Source of the DNA: Opitutales bacterium
Lineage (GTDB): Bacteria; Verrucomicrobiota; Verrucomicrobiia; Opitutales; UBA2987
NCBI GenBank assembly: GCA_965226885.1
Contig: CBDDEL010000017.1
Location: 576,001-640,000 of the forward strand
Direction of reading: 5' to 3'
DNA: 64,000 nucleotides
A program made the position numbers and the translations under genes. Below the pieces are notes generated by a model, which searched no databases, had not been told where the DNA came from, and was given only the letters and a program-made list of their open reading frames with translations. Of this stretch, positions 53,343-64,000 are shown piece after piece. Numbering within the stretch: the first letter of the stretch is position 1; each line of letters begins with the position of its first letter.

Positions 53343-56300
53343 TTATCGCCGGTAATCCAGAGGCGGAGCGCGATTTCCGAGGAGCGGACTGTATTGGAAG
53401 TCCATGCCTCGCTTCGATTCCAATTCTTTTTCCGCCGATTCAATTATGGAGGGATTTTCATATAAATCGATTGCCGTAGAGGTTAAAGTTTTGGCCGCTT
53501 GCATCATTCCTTTGTAACCTAGAGGCTGTCCCAAAAGGGTGATTTTTGCGAGGGCTTTTGATAGGCGCTCATTTTAGAGGTATTTGCATTTGGGAGAGTA
53601 TCAACTTTGCTCTCCTATGACGTTAGGATACTGGTTTTGGGGTCCGGTTGCCTGGTTTTCTTTGCATGAGCCGACAGTAAGGCTGTGAAAAAGTATTGTC
53701 CTTGCTTTTCCGCTCTCTAGGCCGCCGCTTTGGTTTTTAGTTCGTCTTGCTGGGCCAGCATCTTGGCTACTTTCCATAGGTTGTGCGAGAGTACCGACCA
53801 GGCTACGCTGATCGAGCGGTTGGCAAAGCCTTTGCTGCGCAACCGCCCGGCCTGCCAGCGATTCTTCAATACCCCGATCCGCCCTTCGGTGCTGGCCCGG
53901 CGCTTTTGCAATTGTCTGAACAGTGGTTCCTCCATCCGTTTTTTCAACTGCTTCGGATCGCGTGGACAGAGCGCGTCGTAGATTCCCTCCTGGGCTAACT
54001 GCCGGCGGGCCCGCTGGGAGGCAAATCCCCGGTCCGCGCACATGGCCGCTATGGGTTCTTCCAGGTTGAAGCGGTTCTGTCTTTGCAAACTCTCTTGCAT
54101 TTGTTCATTTTCGCTTGGAGTTCGGCTGCCGTAGAGTTTCCAGTCCAGCAGGTACCCTTCAACGCTTTCTCCCAAAAACAGGGTGTTGCCGAACTCGACC
54201 TCTTGGCCCGCTTTACCTCGCACAATCACCTGCCCATCGAGTTCGTAAACACTCAAGACTTTCTCTGCGTTTTTCACCTGGCGGCCGCCAATGATCCGCT
54301 CGTGCGCCTGTTTGATGACCACCGGGATTTGCTCGCTCATGCGCTCCATCCGGGCGAGGATCTGTTGGACCTGTTTTTCGCTGTAATCGCTTTGCTCCCA
54401 GCAGGCTTGCAATAATTCCCGGTGACTGCGGGCATGCTCCCCGATCCGTTTGAGCAGCTTTTTCATCTGCCTCAAGATACCCTTGCGCTGCCGCGCGCTG
54501 TCCTTTCGCCGCCGGCTGTGGGTCATCTGTATGCACAGCCGATTCATCTGCCGAGCCAAGGGCTCCGGTTCGATCGGCATGCGATGGCGCACACCGGCCT
54601 TCTCGCGGATCAGCCGGATCGCTTTGAGCAACGTGCCGGCTACATCCTTGAGTAATACCCAGTCCGTCGGCCAATGAATGTTAGCCTCCAAACAGGTGCC
54701 GTCGATCAGGCAAATGGTGGTGTCAATCGGCTTGTCCAATCCCACCTGCCGGGCCAGAAGGGCATCGGCCACCACCTCAGTCAAGGTCCGGTGCAAGGCC
54801 CTCAACTGCTCTTCGCTGAAAAACTTCGAGGCCCGCTCCAGGGTGCTTTTGGAGATGCCCCTGATGCCATCGATCTGCCGGACACGGCAAAAGTCGGCCA
54901 ACAGATCGCTGCTGCCCAGAGCCCGCGACAAATGCCGAAACGAAATCCCTCCGAGCAGACGGCCCAGCGTATCCATGCGCAGTGCCTTGATGGCAAAACT
55001 GGCCCGCTGCCGCCGGGCCTTTAGACCCATTGGCTGCCACCCCTCCAAGGCCAGCTCAATGGCCTGCGATTCCACCTCCGAGTCGATCAGCAGCCGATCG
55101 ATTCGATCAATGGTGGCGCGGAAGTTATCGTCATCGAGGCACCGGTCGACCACAGTTAAAGCTGGACGCAGGAGGCAATGGATGGCTATATTTTTCATAG
55201 AAAGGGCTATATTGATTTTCGCTAACTCAATTATAGAACCCTTTTTTGGCCGGATCGAGCAAAAACTTGCTCTTTCCGGCTCTTTTTATCAACGTCATCC
55301 AGTTGACTATAAAATCTTTATATTTTTGGGACAGCCTCTAACCTATGGTCATGCCCCCGGCCGCGACAGCCTGCCAGGTATGAGCCCCGGTGCCCGGTGG
55401 CCAGGTGGCCGTACTAAAACCGGCTGTGGGAACGGCCCAACTGATATCGACGACATCGGTCGATCCCCGTTTGGCCTCCAAAACAAAGGGATGGACTTCT
55501 TCCTGTGAACCTAAATCGAGGTCCATGCCGGTAAGAGTTTTTCGAATTTCCAGGGCGAATTGCAGCTCCCTTTCATCATACTTGAGGCCTCCCGCCAGGC
55601 GGAGGTTTTTATCCACCACTTTAGCCAAAGTTTCATTGGGTAAAACGTTGTAATTGCCATGAATGACTTCGTAATCCATTTTCGTGCCGGTTCCCAGGGC
55701 GGCCCCCTCGGCGGCGGCCACCAGGCGATGCCAGAGCTGCTCTACCATGCGGGTTTGCGGGTGGCGCAGGTAATAAAAAACCTCCGCCAGTTCCGGGACG
55801 ATATTGGGCGCCTGGCCTCCTTTTGTGATCACATAGTGGATGCGGGTTTCCTCCGGAACATGCTCCCGCAGAAGGTTGGCCATGTAGTTCATGGCCTCAA
55901 CCCCATCCAGGGCGGAACGTCCTTTATGCGGCGCGGCTGCCGCATGGGACGGTTTGCCGTAAAAACGAAATTTGGCCGATTTGTTGGCGTTGGTGGAGGC
56001 AGGGCCGGCGAAATTACGATCTCCCGGATGCCAGTGCAGGACCACATCCACATCGTCGAAAAGTCCTGCCCGCACCATATAGACTTTTCCCGAACCGCCC
56101 TCCTCGGCGGGAGTTCCATAGAGCCGAATGGAGCCCTCGGCGCCGGATTGCTCTAACCATTCCCGGATGGCGATGGCTGCGGCGGTGGAACCGCTGCCAA
56201 ATAGGTGATGGCCGCAGGCATGCCCAGCGCCGTCTTCGAGCAACGGTTTTCGCACCGGGACGCTGTCCTGGGACAAGCCGGGCAAAGCATCGTATTCGGC

Positions 56301-56621
56301 TAAAATGCCGATAACCGGTTTGCCGCTGCCGTAACCGGCCACAAACGCGGTGGGAATTCCGGCCACTCCAGATTCTATGGTAAACCCGGCCCGCGTAAGA
56401 TGATTTTTTAGCAATTGAGAGCTTTTCTCTTCCTGGTAACCCATTTCCGCCAATTGCCAGATCTCTTTAGCCAGACTGGAATATTCTACATAACGCTCGT
56501 CAATGGATCGAAAGACGGCCTCCTTGTCTGTTCCTGCGGTGAGCGATGATTCCGGGCATAGCCCGAACGTGAGCGTAAAAATAGCTAACGTTTTGAATGC
56601 ATTACAATCTTTTAAGTTCAT
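53343..56621 (-). pseudogene. M20D/AbgB-like amidohydrolase interrupted by IS5
   Basis: AEYDALPG, GHACGHHL, GTPAEEGG; ...GGMTIG and YKGMMQAAK... rejoin across the IS. Confidence 0.92.
53522..55338 (-). mobile_element. IS5-family element, copy 3 (1817 bp; transposase 53717..55198)
   Basis: Same IRs; TAACCTA duplicated on both sides. Confidence 0.95.
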
Positions 56622-56633
56622 CTTTAACCTTAA

Positions 56634-58268
56634 TTAAAAACCGACGCCATTCTTTTTTGTTCCGCAAAGAGATACTTCGAGTCCCAACTCTGTGGCCAGG
56701 GAGGCTTTTGTATAGAGGCAGAGGTCCGCTTCAGCCTCGCTTTTGGCATAGGCGACCTGGAGGTGATTGGCTTTGTGGCGGGCCATCATTTGATCGCGAC
56801 TGACCCCGTAGGTGACGGCATGCATGATGGGCCATTGGGGGGTGGTGCTTTGCAAACGGCGCTCCGGTTCCTTTTTCGGCAGCCGTACCACCTTGGCCCG
56901 TCCGAGGTCCATTTTCAGTTTGCCCGACTCCACGAAAATGCGGCTCCAAACGATTTCTCCGGGCTTGGCCACACCCTGCAGGGTGGAGCCGCCCAAACGG
57001 AAATACATGGGAGGCTGGCGGTAGCCATGACTGCCCTTGTAGCCGCCGATATGGTGAGCGGCGGGGGCCGCCCCGCTGATCAATAAAACCCACACATATT
57101 CATCCGTTGAACCGCTTTGGTCCCAATCGCCCCAACGCAAATCGTGCAAGGTGTTTTCCGGCGGTTGCTTCAGGACGGTGTGGACGCGCTGGGTCAGGAT
57201 GCCGTCGAGCCCGGCGCATTCATCGACCTCGTTAAAATGGGTGAAAGGCTTCCCGCGTTTGATTACATCTCCCTTTGCATTGCGGACTGGGGGCCTTTGT
57301 GAATTGTTAAGCAATCCCTCGGCCAGGTCAGAAGCCGGAGTAAGGTCTTTTAGTCCTTGCTGGTATTGAATACCGACCGCGTCGCAACCGAATTCATCCC
57401 CGATGCGGCAGGCTGCGATATACATTTTGCACTGGGCGAGCACCTGTTGTTTGGTCAGGCTGGTTTTCTCGCTCTTTCCGAAGTGAAAATTGAACCCCTT
57501 TTTTACCAGCCAATTGTAAACCTCGTTGGCTTCTTTTTGGGTGACTTTATTCATTTCCGAATAAAGCGCGCTCTGGCTGAAGCGCTCCTTGTAAACTCCG
57601 GTCGAAAAAAGCAATTCATCGGGAATGATCGCGTTAAACATGCCCATGCAACCCTCGTCGAATACTCCCATTATCGCTTTATGCTTTTGCAATTCCCTGG
57701 CCAGCGATTGGGCCGTCCGTTTGGCGGAGGCCGGTACCTTGCATCGAGACAAGGGTTTTACGTGATCGGTTTTATGCCTGAAACTCCCCCGGGCGAGCCA
57801 GCCTTGGAGGCATTTTTTAAACAGATCGTCGTTAAAATCCTCGCTCCAGGTGGTGGTGTATTTGACGCCTGCTTTAGTCAGAGAGCCATTCAGGTTTAAC
57901 ATTCCCACCAATCCCGGCCAGGTACCCGACCAGTTGGCCAGGGTTAGGATGGGCCCTTGGTGGGAAATCAAACCGGCTAAAACATGATGGCTGTATTGCC
58001 AGACTGCCTCTGCCACAATCAAAGGTGTTTTACGGTTAATTTTGGCAAAAATTTCCATGCCCTCCTTCTGGCTGCCGATAAAGCCGTGCTTTTCACTCTC
58101 CTTATAGGGATGGGCGCGTTTAAGTCGGTAGCCCATTCCTTTGATCGCCTCGCCCAAACGCTTTTCCATTTTTGCCTGTTCCGGCCAGCATTGTTGGTTG
58201 GCGCTCAACCGCAAGTCGCCACTGGATACTAAAAGGATTGTTTTATTTTTTCTCATAACATCATTCAA
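56634..58268 (-). CDS. L-fucose/D-arabinose isomerase-like protein
   Basis: [38 protein letters not shown]. Confidence 0.75.
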   Translation of the reverse strand: MNDVMRKNKTILLVSSGDLRLSANQQCWPEQAKMEKRLGEAIKGMGYRLKRAHPYKESEKHGFIGSQKEGMEIFAKINRKTPLIVAEAVWQYSHHVLAGLISHQGPILTLANWSGTWPGLVGMLNLNGSLTKAGVKYTTTWSEDFNDDLFKKCLQGWLARGSFRHKTDHVKPLSRCKVPASAKRTAQSLARELQKHKAIMGVFDEGCMGMFNAIIPDELLFSTGVYKERFSQSALYSEMNKVTQKEANEVYNWLVKKGFNFHFGKSEKTSLTKQQVLAQCKMYIAACRIGDEFGCDAVGIQYQQGLKDLTPASDLAEGLLNNSQRPPVRNAKGDVIKRGKPFTHFNEVDECAGLDGILTQRVHTVLKQPPENTLHDLRWGDWDQSGSTDEYVWVLLISGAAPAAHHIGGYKGSHGYRQPPMYFRLGGSTLQGVAKPGEIVWSRIFVESGKLKMDLGRAKVVRLPKKEPERRLQSTTPQWPIMHAVTYGVSRDQMMARHKANHLQVAYAKSEAEADLCLYTKASLATELGLEVSLCGTKKNGVGF

Positions 58269-58305
58269 TTTTTGTTTCGTTTTAATATATCGGGAAATTT
58301 CGTCT

Positions 58306-59958
58306 CTATTCTGAAGCCATCAAGCTTTTGTAATCTATTTGATGTTCGTACATTTTATGAAATACGGAGTATTTTTTGTCGTGATATTCCTTTGTCGGAC
58401 CGGGGGTTGGCTTTATGATTTGACGGGCAGATGTCATCGCAGTCATGGCTTCCGATACGCTTTCAAAATTACCCGATGCCACCGACCCTAGAATGGCCGA
58501 CCCTATGAGGACGGCCTCCGGCTCGGCGGTTAATATGATCCGGCAACCCGTTATGTCGGCATGTTCTCGCAGAAATACCGGATTCTTGGTGCCACCCCCG
58601 CAGGCAAAAATAGAGTCGATGGCATAGCCCTTGGCATTCATCTCCGACAGAATGTGGCGCGTACCGTAGGCGATGGCCTGAATGGTGGCCAGATACAGCA
58701 ACGCGAGATCATCCAGGCTGGCCGTTAGCCGCAATCCCGACACCATTCCGCGCAAGGAGGGATTCGCTCTGGGGGAGCGGTTTCCGTGGAAATAAGGACA
58801 AACGTGCAATTCTTCGGTGAGAGCTGCCGGGTGCGGTTTGTCCGCCGACAGCTCCTCCAACCGCCTATTTAGAAATTCGTAAGAAGTTAAATTTTTTTCC
58901 TTGGACAAACGTTCCAATTCACCGCTGGCCCCATGATTTTGGATGATGTGATCAATCAAAGCCCCTGTGGCCGATTGGCCTCCTTCCGCCAGCCAGTAAT
59001 CGGGGATCATGGCCGAATAATAGGGGCCCCAGACTCCGGGTATGAGGCGCGATTGGCCAGACACCGCCATATGGCAGGAAGAGGTGCCGCCAATCAGGGC
59101 CAGGCGTTTGTTATAATCAACCGGTTCTTCGTTCAGGGCGGCGCCCAGCATTCCTATACCGCCGGCATGCGCGTCGATAATGGAAACTCCCACCGGTGTG
59201 CCGGGGTTCAGGCCCAGGTCGATCGCCGCCTGTTTAGTCAAACCATCGCCGACCGGTTCTCCCATGGCCCGCACCTTATTGCCGATCCGGGCGTACCCCT
59301 CTTCGACTAAATCGCCCAGGCCGATGAGTTGAAAATAAGAGTCGTCCCACCCGGTAAGAGCCTTACCCGATGAATCGCGTTTCAAATAGGTCCATTTGCA
59401 AACGGTTGAACAGAGCGAACGGGTATTGTCGCCGGTCGCCCGATAAGTGAGGTAATCGGGCAAATCGAAAAATTGGGCTGTCCTTTGCCACGATTCGGGC
59501 ATGCTTTCCTTCAGCCAAAGAAGTTTCGGAGTTTCCATTTCGGGAGAAATAGTTCCGCCCACATAATCCAGCACCGGGTGCTTGGTCGTGTTGATTCTTT
59601 CGGCCTGTTCAATGGCCCGATGATCCATCCAAACGATGATATTCTGGCCGTCTTTGCCGGAAGGGCTAATAGTCACTGGGCCGTCATTTTCATCAACGGC
59701 CACGAGGGAGCAGGTGGCGTCGAATCCGATCCCTTTGACTCGATTTTTTTCGACACCTGAATCCTGCAAAATGCTCCGGACGCATTGGCATACGACCGCC
59801 CAAATATCGTCGGAGGACTGCTCCGCATAATCAGCCTGCGGAGTCCACATTTTGATAGCTTTAACCGCGGTGGCCAGGCATTTGCCATTGCTGTCGAAGA
59901 TGCCGGCCCGAGCGCTTCCGGTGCCAACATCTATTCCTATGAAATAATCCATAATCAA
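58306..59958 (-). CDS. FGGY-family pentulose (ribulo)kinase
   Basis: [42 protein letters not shown]. Confidence 0.92.
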   Translation of the reverse strand: MIMDYFIGIDVGTGSARAGIFDSNGKCLATAVKAIKMWTPQADYAEQSSDDIWAVVCQCVRSILQDSGVEKNRVKGIGFDATCSLVAVDENDGPVTISPSGKDGQNIIVWMDHRAIEQAERINTTKHPVLDYVGGTISPEMETPKLLWLKESMPESWQRTAQFFDLPDYLTYRATGDNTRSLCSTVCKWTYLKRDSSGKALTGWDDSYFQLIGLGDLVEEGYARIGNKVRAMGEPVGDGLTKQAAIDLGLNPGTPVGVSIIDAHAGGIGMLGAALNEEPVDYNKRLALIGGTSSCHMAVSGQSRLIPGVWGPYYSAMIPDYWLAEGGQSATGALIDHIIQNHGASGELERLSKEKNLTSYEFLNRRLEELSADKPHPAALTEELHVCPYFHGNRSPRANPSLRGMVSGLRLTASLDDLALLYLATIQAIAYGTRHILSEMNAKGYAIDSIFACGGGTKNPVFLREHADITGCRIILTAEPEAVLIGSAILGSVASGNFESVSEAMTAMTSARQIIKPTPGPTKEYHDKKYSVFHKMYEHQIDYKSLMASE

Positions 59959-60056
59959 TTTCCTGATTCGTTGATTTTTTTTAATGAGTTATCCTTTTAT
60001 CACTTGTTTGACAAGGCAGACTTCGCAACCTAACCCCCGAACCTGTTGGAATTCCA

Positions 60057-60858
60057 GGTAGTGTATAAAAAAAGAATGTTATTTTGTATTTTTAGCTGTA
60101 CAAATAGCGTTAGGCAGTTTATTCTTAGTGCATGGTTACTAAAATTATTAATTGTCGGCACTGTGGAAGTGAAAATATCATTAAATTTGGCAAGACGCCC
60201 AACCATAAACAGCGCTACCGCTGCCATGATTGTGGTAAACAAAGCCGCGAAAACCCCACAGTGAAATGCACCGAAGAGCAAAAAGAAATGATCCTTCGAG
60301 TCTATCAGGAACGCAGCAGTCTACGCGGTTTACAGCGCGCCTTCGGGGTGAGTCCCAACACCGTTTTGAGTTGGTTAAAAAAAACGACAATCGCTGCGAC
60401 CGCTCAAAAGCACGATTCTTGCGGCCCGCCGCCATGATGTCATTGAACTGGACGAACTGTGGTCTTTTGTGGGGCGCAAGAGCGATGCCCAATGGGTTTG
60501 GATCGCTCTTTGCCGACGCACCCGTCAAATCCTCTCCTATGCCATTGGGCCTCGGGATTGGTATCGTTGCCGGGAACTTTACGAGCGTCTGCCACGGGCC
60601 TACAAAAGATGTGCCACCTACAGCGACTTTTGGAGCACTTATGATGAAGTCTTTCCTCATAACCGATCCGTGGGAAAAGAAACCGGTGAAACGGCCCATG
60701 TGGAACGATGGAACAATACCCTGCGCCAACGACTGGGTCGTTTCACACGCAAAACCCTCTCCTTTTCCAAGCTTAAGAGTATGCATGAAACCTGTCTGAG
60801 ACTTTTCATTCATCAATATAATCAAGAATTAGCCACCATTCCTACTTAATACACTACC
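60057..60858 (+). mobile_element. IS1-family element (802 bp): insA 60132..~60384, insB to 60849
   Basis: IRs GGTAGTGTAT/ATACACTACC; 8-bp target duplication GAATTCCA; CxxC zinc ribbon; ELDELWSFV, ERWNNTLRQRL. Confidence 0.93.
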
Positions 60859-60963
60859 GAATTCCATTGTTGGCTTTCATTTGCTTTAATGGGGCATTTA
60901 AATTTTATCCCATATTATCCATTTCATCATAAGACTATATGCTTGATATAATGGCTATATTCG

Positions 60964-61974
60964 ATGTTTATGAATGTTCATTTGGGAAATCTAGGTCAAA
61001 ACTCAACCGGTCGTTACCGACAGGCCGTTCGCAAGATTCGCAACTGGCTCATTGGCCATTACCTTCCCGACGGCAGTTCGACGATCGATCCGGACGACCT
61101 TCGTTATTATTACAAGCTTTCTTATTTGTGTGCCATGACCGGTTTACCCACCCTTGGCGGGAGGGTCGCCCGCCAGGTGATGCGCCGATTTCTGCAGCCG
61201 GATGGTTCCGTCGTTCCCAAATATGAGGAGAGCCCGTGGATGCTAAACTACGGGATGGGGTGGCTTGCTCTCGGCGCTTGCGCGGTGGAACGTTTTGACC
61301 TGGCCGAGGCATTGACTACTCATCTGCAAGGCGCGACCGACCTAGAAGCCGGAGGCGTATTTTTGGAAGAGGATGCAGGGGCCGGGGCCGTTTCCGATAT
61401 CAGCTGCTCCAGCAGCTTAGCCATGGCGTTTGCCGCAACCGGTCGAATCGCCGCCGGGGCCGCGTTGGCGAACCGATTCATACTTCAACTTTCCGGGCAG
61501 CCCGATCCACGTCGATTTTACAATCGCTACCGTAAAGACGGATCCGTTATCATCTCATCCACTTCCGGTCCATGGAATCAAATTTACGATTTGAGCGAGT
61601 ATGAAGCCGGGCCCGCGGGCTACGCCACGGTCGTCAATGCGCTTGTCTGGATAGGGCGCCGCACTGGAAACCCTCGCTATGTCGAGTCCGCCCGGAGGTA
61701 CGTGGACTTCGTTTACTCGCATGACCGGAATCCCGCCCATTTCGGACGGACTACCAAATTCGGTTGGGCGATGCTCAATTTATACGACGACACCGCCGAT
61801 ACCGACCTATTGAGGCGAGCCCGCGAAATCGCGGATGTGCTGGTCGATCTTCAAGAAGAAGACGGTCTCTGGTCTCCCCGCCCCGACGTGGCCTCCGATG
61901 TGCCTTTGCATGCCCGCCTTTCTTATTCGTCGGAGTTCGCGATGACAGTTTGCGCATGCGCACGGTTGCCGTAG
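60964..61974 (+). CDS. Hypothetical protein, probable alpha/alpha-toroid fold
   Basis: Repeated QxxDG-like motifs (LPDGS, QPDGS, RKDGS, QEEDGLW). Confidence 0.6.
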   Translation: MFMNVHLGNLGQNSTGRYRQAVRKIRNWLIGHYLPDGSSTIDPDDLRYYYKLSYLCAMTGLPTLGGRVARQVMRRFLQPDGSVVPKYEESPWMLNYGMGWLALGACAVERFDLAEALTTHLQGATDLEAGGVFLEEDAGAGAVSDISCSSSLAMAFAATGRIAAGAALANRFILQLSGQPDPRRFYNRYRKDGSVIISSTSGPWNQIYDLSEYEAGPAGYATVVNALVWIGRRTGNPRYVESARRYVDFVYSHDRNPAHFGRTTKFGWAMLNLYDDTADTDLLRRAREIADVLVDLQEEDGLWSPRPDVASDVPLHARLSYSSEFAMTVCACARLP

Positions 61975-62132
61975 GACACAAAAGGGGTCAATGCTTGATG
62001 CGGATCGCAGCGGTCCAGTTGTTCAATCTTACGATACAATCTGGAGATCGGTATAGAGCGGAAACCGGCAAAAGAATTTTAATCTAAACAAAAAATATTT
62101 TTGACCAATATGAATCCGGCATCCTTTAATTA

Positions 62133-63629
62133 ATGGCACAATCAATGCATGGTTTGGACCTGGCGGTGCTGGTGGTTTATTTTTCTGCTATATTGGCCAC
62201 CGGGATTTATTTTTGGCGTAGGTCCCGGACGGTTGACACTTTCACGGCCGCCGGTCGTTCTTTGCCGGGTTGGGTATGTGGTTTGTCTATTTTGGCCACT
62301 TATGTCAGCAGTATCAGTTTTCTCGCCTTGCCGGGCAAGGCCTACGCTTCAAACTGGAATCCGTTTGCATTCAGCCTATCTTTGCCCCTGGCAACCTGGA
62401 TCGCCGTAAAATACTTTGTTCCTTATTATAAGGAAAGCGGTGATATTTCCGCTTATAGCCATCTAGAGCGTCGGTTTGGAACCTGGGCCAGGGTCTATGC
62501 CGGAATTTGTTATTTGCTAACCCAGTTTGCCAGAATGGGAGCGGTTCTCTACCTCATGGCGCTGCCCATGAGTTTGCTGCTCGGTTGGGATATCCGGTGG
62601 ATCATTCTGATTACGGGCGCAGCCGTTATTGTTTACACTTTCATGGGCGGCATAATCGCGGTGATTTGGACCGATGCGATCCAATGCCTTATTCTCATGG
62701 CTGGAGCATTTCTGTGTGCTGTTCTTGTCTTTTTCAGCATGCCGGACGGCCCCGGCCAATTATTTTCCATCGCTAGTGCGAATCATAAATTCAGTTTGGG
62801 CAGTTTCGGCTCGAGCCTGGCGGAACCTACTTTTTGGGTCGTGCTTTTTTACGGGATGATCATCAATTTGCAAAATTTCGGAATCGACCAAAGTTATGTA
62901 CAGCGATACGTTGCCTCCAGTTCCGTCAATCAGGCCCGCAAGGGCCTTTGGTTGGGCGGGCTGCTCTACCTGCCTCTCTCTGCCGGTTTTTTCTTTATCG
63001 GGACTGGCCTCTTCGCTTTTTACCAGAGCCAACCGGAATTGCTTCCCGAGCCACTGCACGATGCAGCCAAAGCCGACTCCGTTTTTCCCCATTTTATCGT
63101 CACTGAACTGCCCAACGGTCTTAGCGGGTTATTGATTGCCGCTATTTTTGCCGCCGCCATGAGTTCTCTCTCCACCAGTTTAAACTCTTCAGCCACACTT
63201 ATACTAAGTGATTTTTACAAAAGATTTTTCCGCAAAAACGCTTCTGAAAGTGAATCCATGAGGGTGCTCCTGGTGGCAACGGTGGTTTGGGGAGGGTTGG
63301 GAACCGCCCTGGCATTGGCCATGATCCACGTTCAGAGCGCCCTCGACGCCTGTTGGATGCTCTCAGGTATTTTTAGCGGTGGCATGCTAGGCCTGTTTCT
63401 TCTCGGCATGATTTCCCGAAAAGCGGGCAATCCGGCCGCTTGCGCCGGCGTTATCTGCGGGGTTCTGGTCATCGCCTGGATGACATTTTCTCGTCGCTTG
63501 AGTGGATCCCTGGAATATTTGCGAAGTCCTTTCCATAGTTTTTTAATAACGGTATTTGGAACGATTGCCATACTCCTGGTCGGGTTGTTTATCACGAAAT
63601 TTGTTAAAAACGGAACCGTAAAATCGTAA
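62133..63629 (+). CDS. Sodium:solute symporter (SSS family)
   Basis: Many TM helices; [25 protein letters not shown]. Confidence 0.93.
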   Translation: MAQSMHGLDLAVLVVYFSAILATGIYFWRRSRTVDTFTAAGRSLPGWVCGLSILATYVSSISFLALPGKAYASNWNPFAFSLSLPLATWIAVKYFVPYYKESGDISAYSHLERRFGTWARVYAGICYLLTQFARMGAVLYLMALPMSLLLGWDIRWIILITGAAVIVYTFMGGIIAVIWTDAIQCLILMAGAFLCAVLVFFSMPDGPGQLFSIASANHKFSLGSFGSSLAEPTFWVVLFYGMIINLQNFGIDQSYVQRYVASSSVNQARKGLWLGGLLYLPLSAGFFFIGTGLFAFYQSQPELLPEPLHDAAKADSVFPHFIVTELPNGLSGLLIAAIFAAAMSSLSTSLNSSATLILSDFYKRFFRKNASESESMRVLLVATVVWGGLGTALALAMIHVQSALDACWMLSGIFSGGMLGLFLLGMISRKAGNPAACAGVICGVLVIAWMTFSRRLSGSLEYLRSPFHSFLITVFGTIAILLVGLFITKFVKNGTVKS

Positions 63630-63677
63630 TCCTAACGTGTGATATTCTCCCCAATTCTCCTCAATCATCAGGAGCAA

Positions 63678-64000
63678 TCAAACACCTTGTCCTATCAATC
63701 GCTGCCTTTTTTTAACCTGGAAAAAGGCGGCTACGGCCAAGACCAGGATCAGCAGGATGATTCCCCATTCGGTCAAGGTGGGGATTTCTTCGGTCGGTAT
63801 GGTTTGGATGAGAATATTATCGAATTCGGCACCAATTAGCCCCGAAAAGTTGCGATAGTCGACCAACGCCGTCACGAAGGTAAGGCTCGCTATCTGTGCA
63901 GCGGAGATGGAAAACTTGCTGGTCGTAAATGTTCCCGAGCCAGTTGTTAAGACACCCCAAGTTTTCTCTGTAACCGGATCGATCCAGATTTCAGCGGCGA
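63678..64000 (-). CDS. 3' end of a protein with an IPTL-CTERM sorting signal (start lies outside the window)
   Basis: IPTLTEWGIILLILVLAVAAFFQVKKRQR; frame is open to the window edge. Confidence 0.85.
   Translation of the reverse strand, partial: AAEIWIDPVTEKTWGVLTTGSGTFTTSKFSISAAQIASLTFVTALVDYRNFSGLIGAEFDNILIQTIPTEEIPTLTEWGIILLILVLAVAAFFQVKKRQRLIGQGV

Noticed and set aside
54678..55508. 276-aa ORF crossing the IS5 end
   Set aside because: Chimeric antisense read-through of the transposase and the amidohydrolase

Overview
Bacterial chromosomal window. The HU, MDH, LysR and prepilin-type proteins resemble PVC-superphylum (Verrucomicrobiota/Opitutales-like) sequences; this is inferred, not searched. 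It holds housekeeping genes (mdh, DAHP synthase, ygfZ, HU, yggS, aroE, a divergent ilvC), a Cus-type heavy-metal RND efflux operon preceded by a Cys-rich small ORF, and several sugar/amide catabolic clusters. The dominant signal is a recent insertion-sequence burst: 12 copies of five IS types (3 IS5, 4 IS1380, 3 IS3, 1 IS4, 1 IS1) cover about 17 kb (~27%). One ~1030-codon hybrid histidine kinase gene was hit by four different IS families and can be reassembled in frame. Other genes are broken by IS insertions, in-frame stops or short perfect tandem duplications. Best candidates for new biology: a pseudoknot-like RNA structure in the IS1380 3' end; a putative copper-sensing leader ORF whose upstream region is triplicated; a half-size BshC-like protein; TA-anchored variable-length target duplications of the IS5 element; and a Tm-1/TIM-barrel/deaminase operon. 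No rRNA, tRNA or CRISPR array was recognised. Family assignments come from motif recognition by eye, not database searches.
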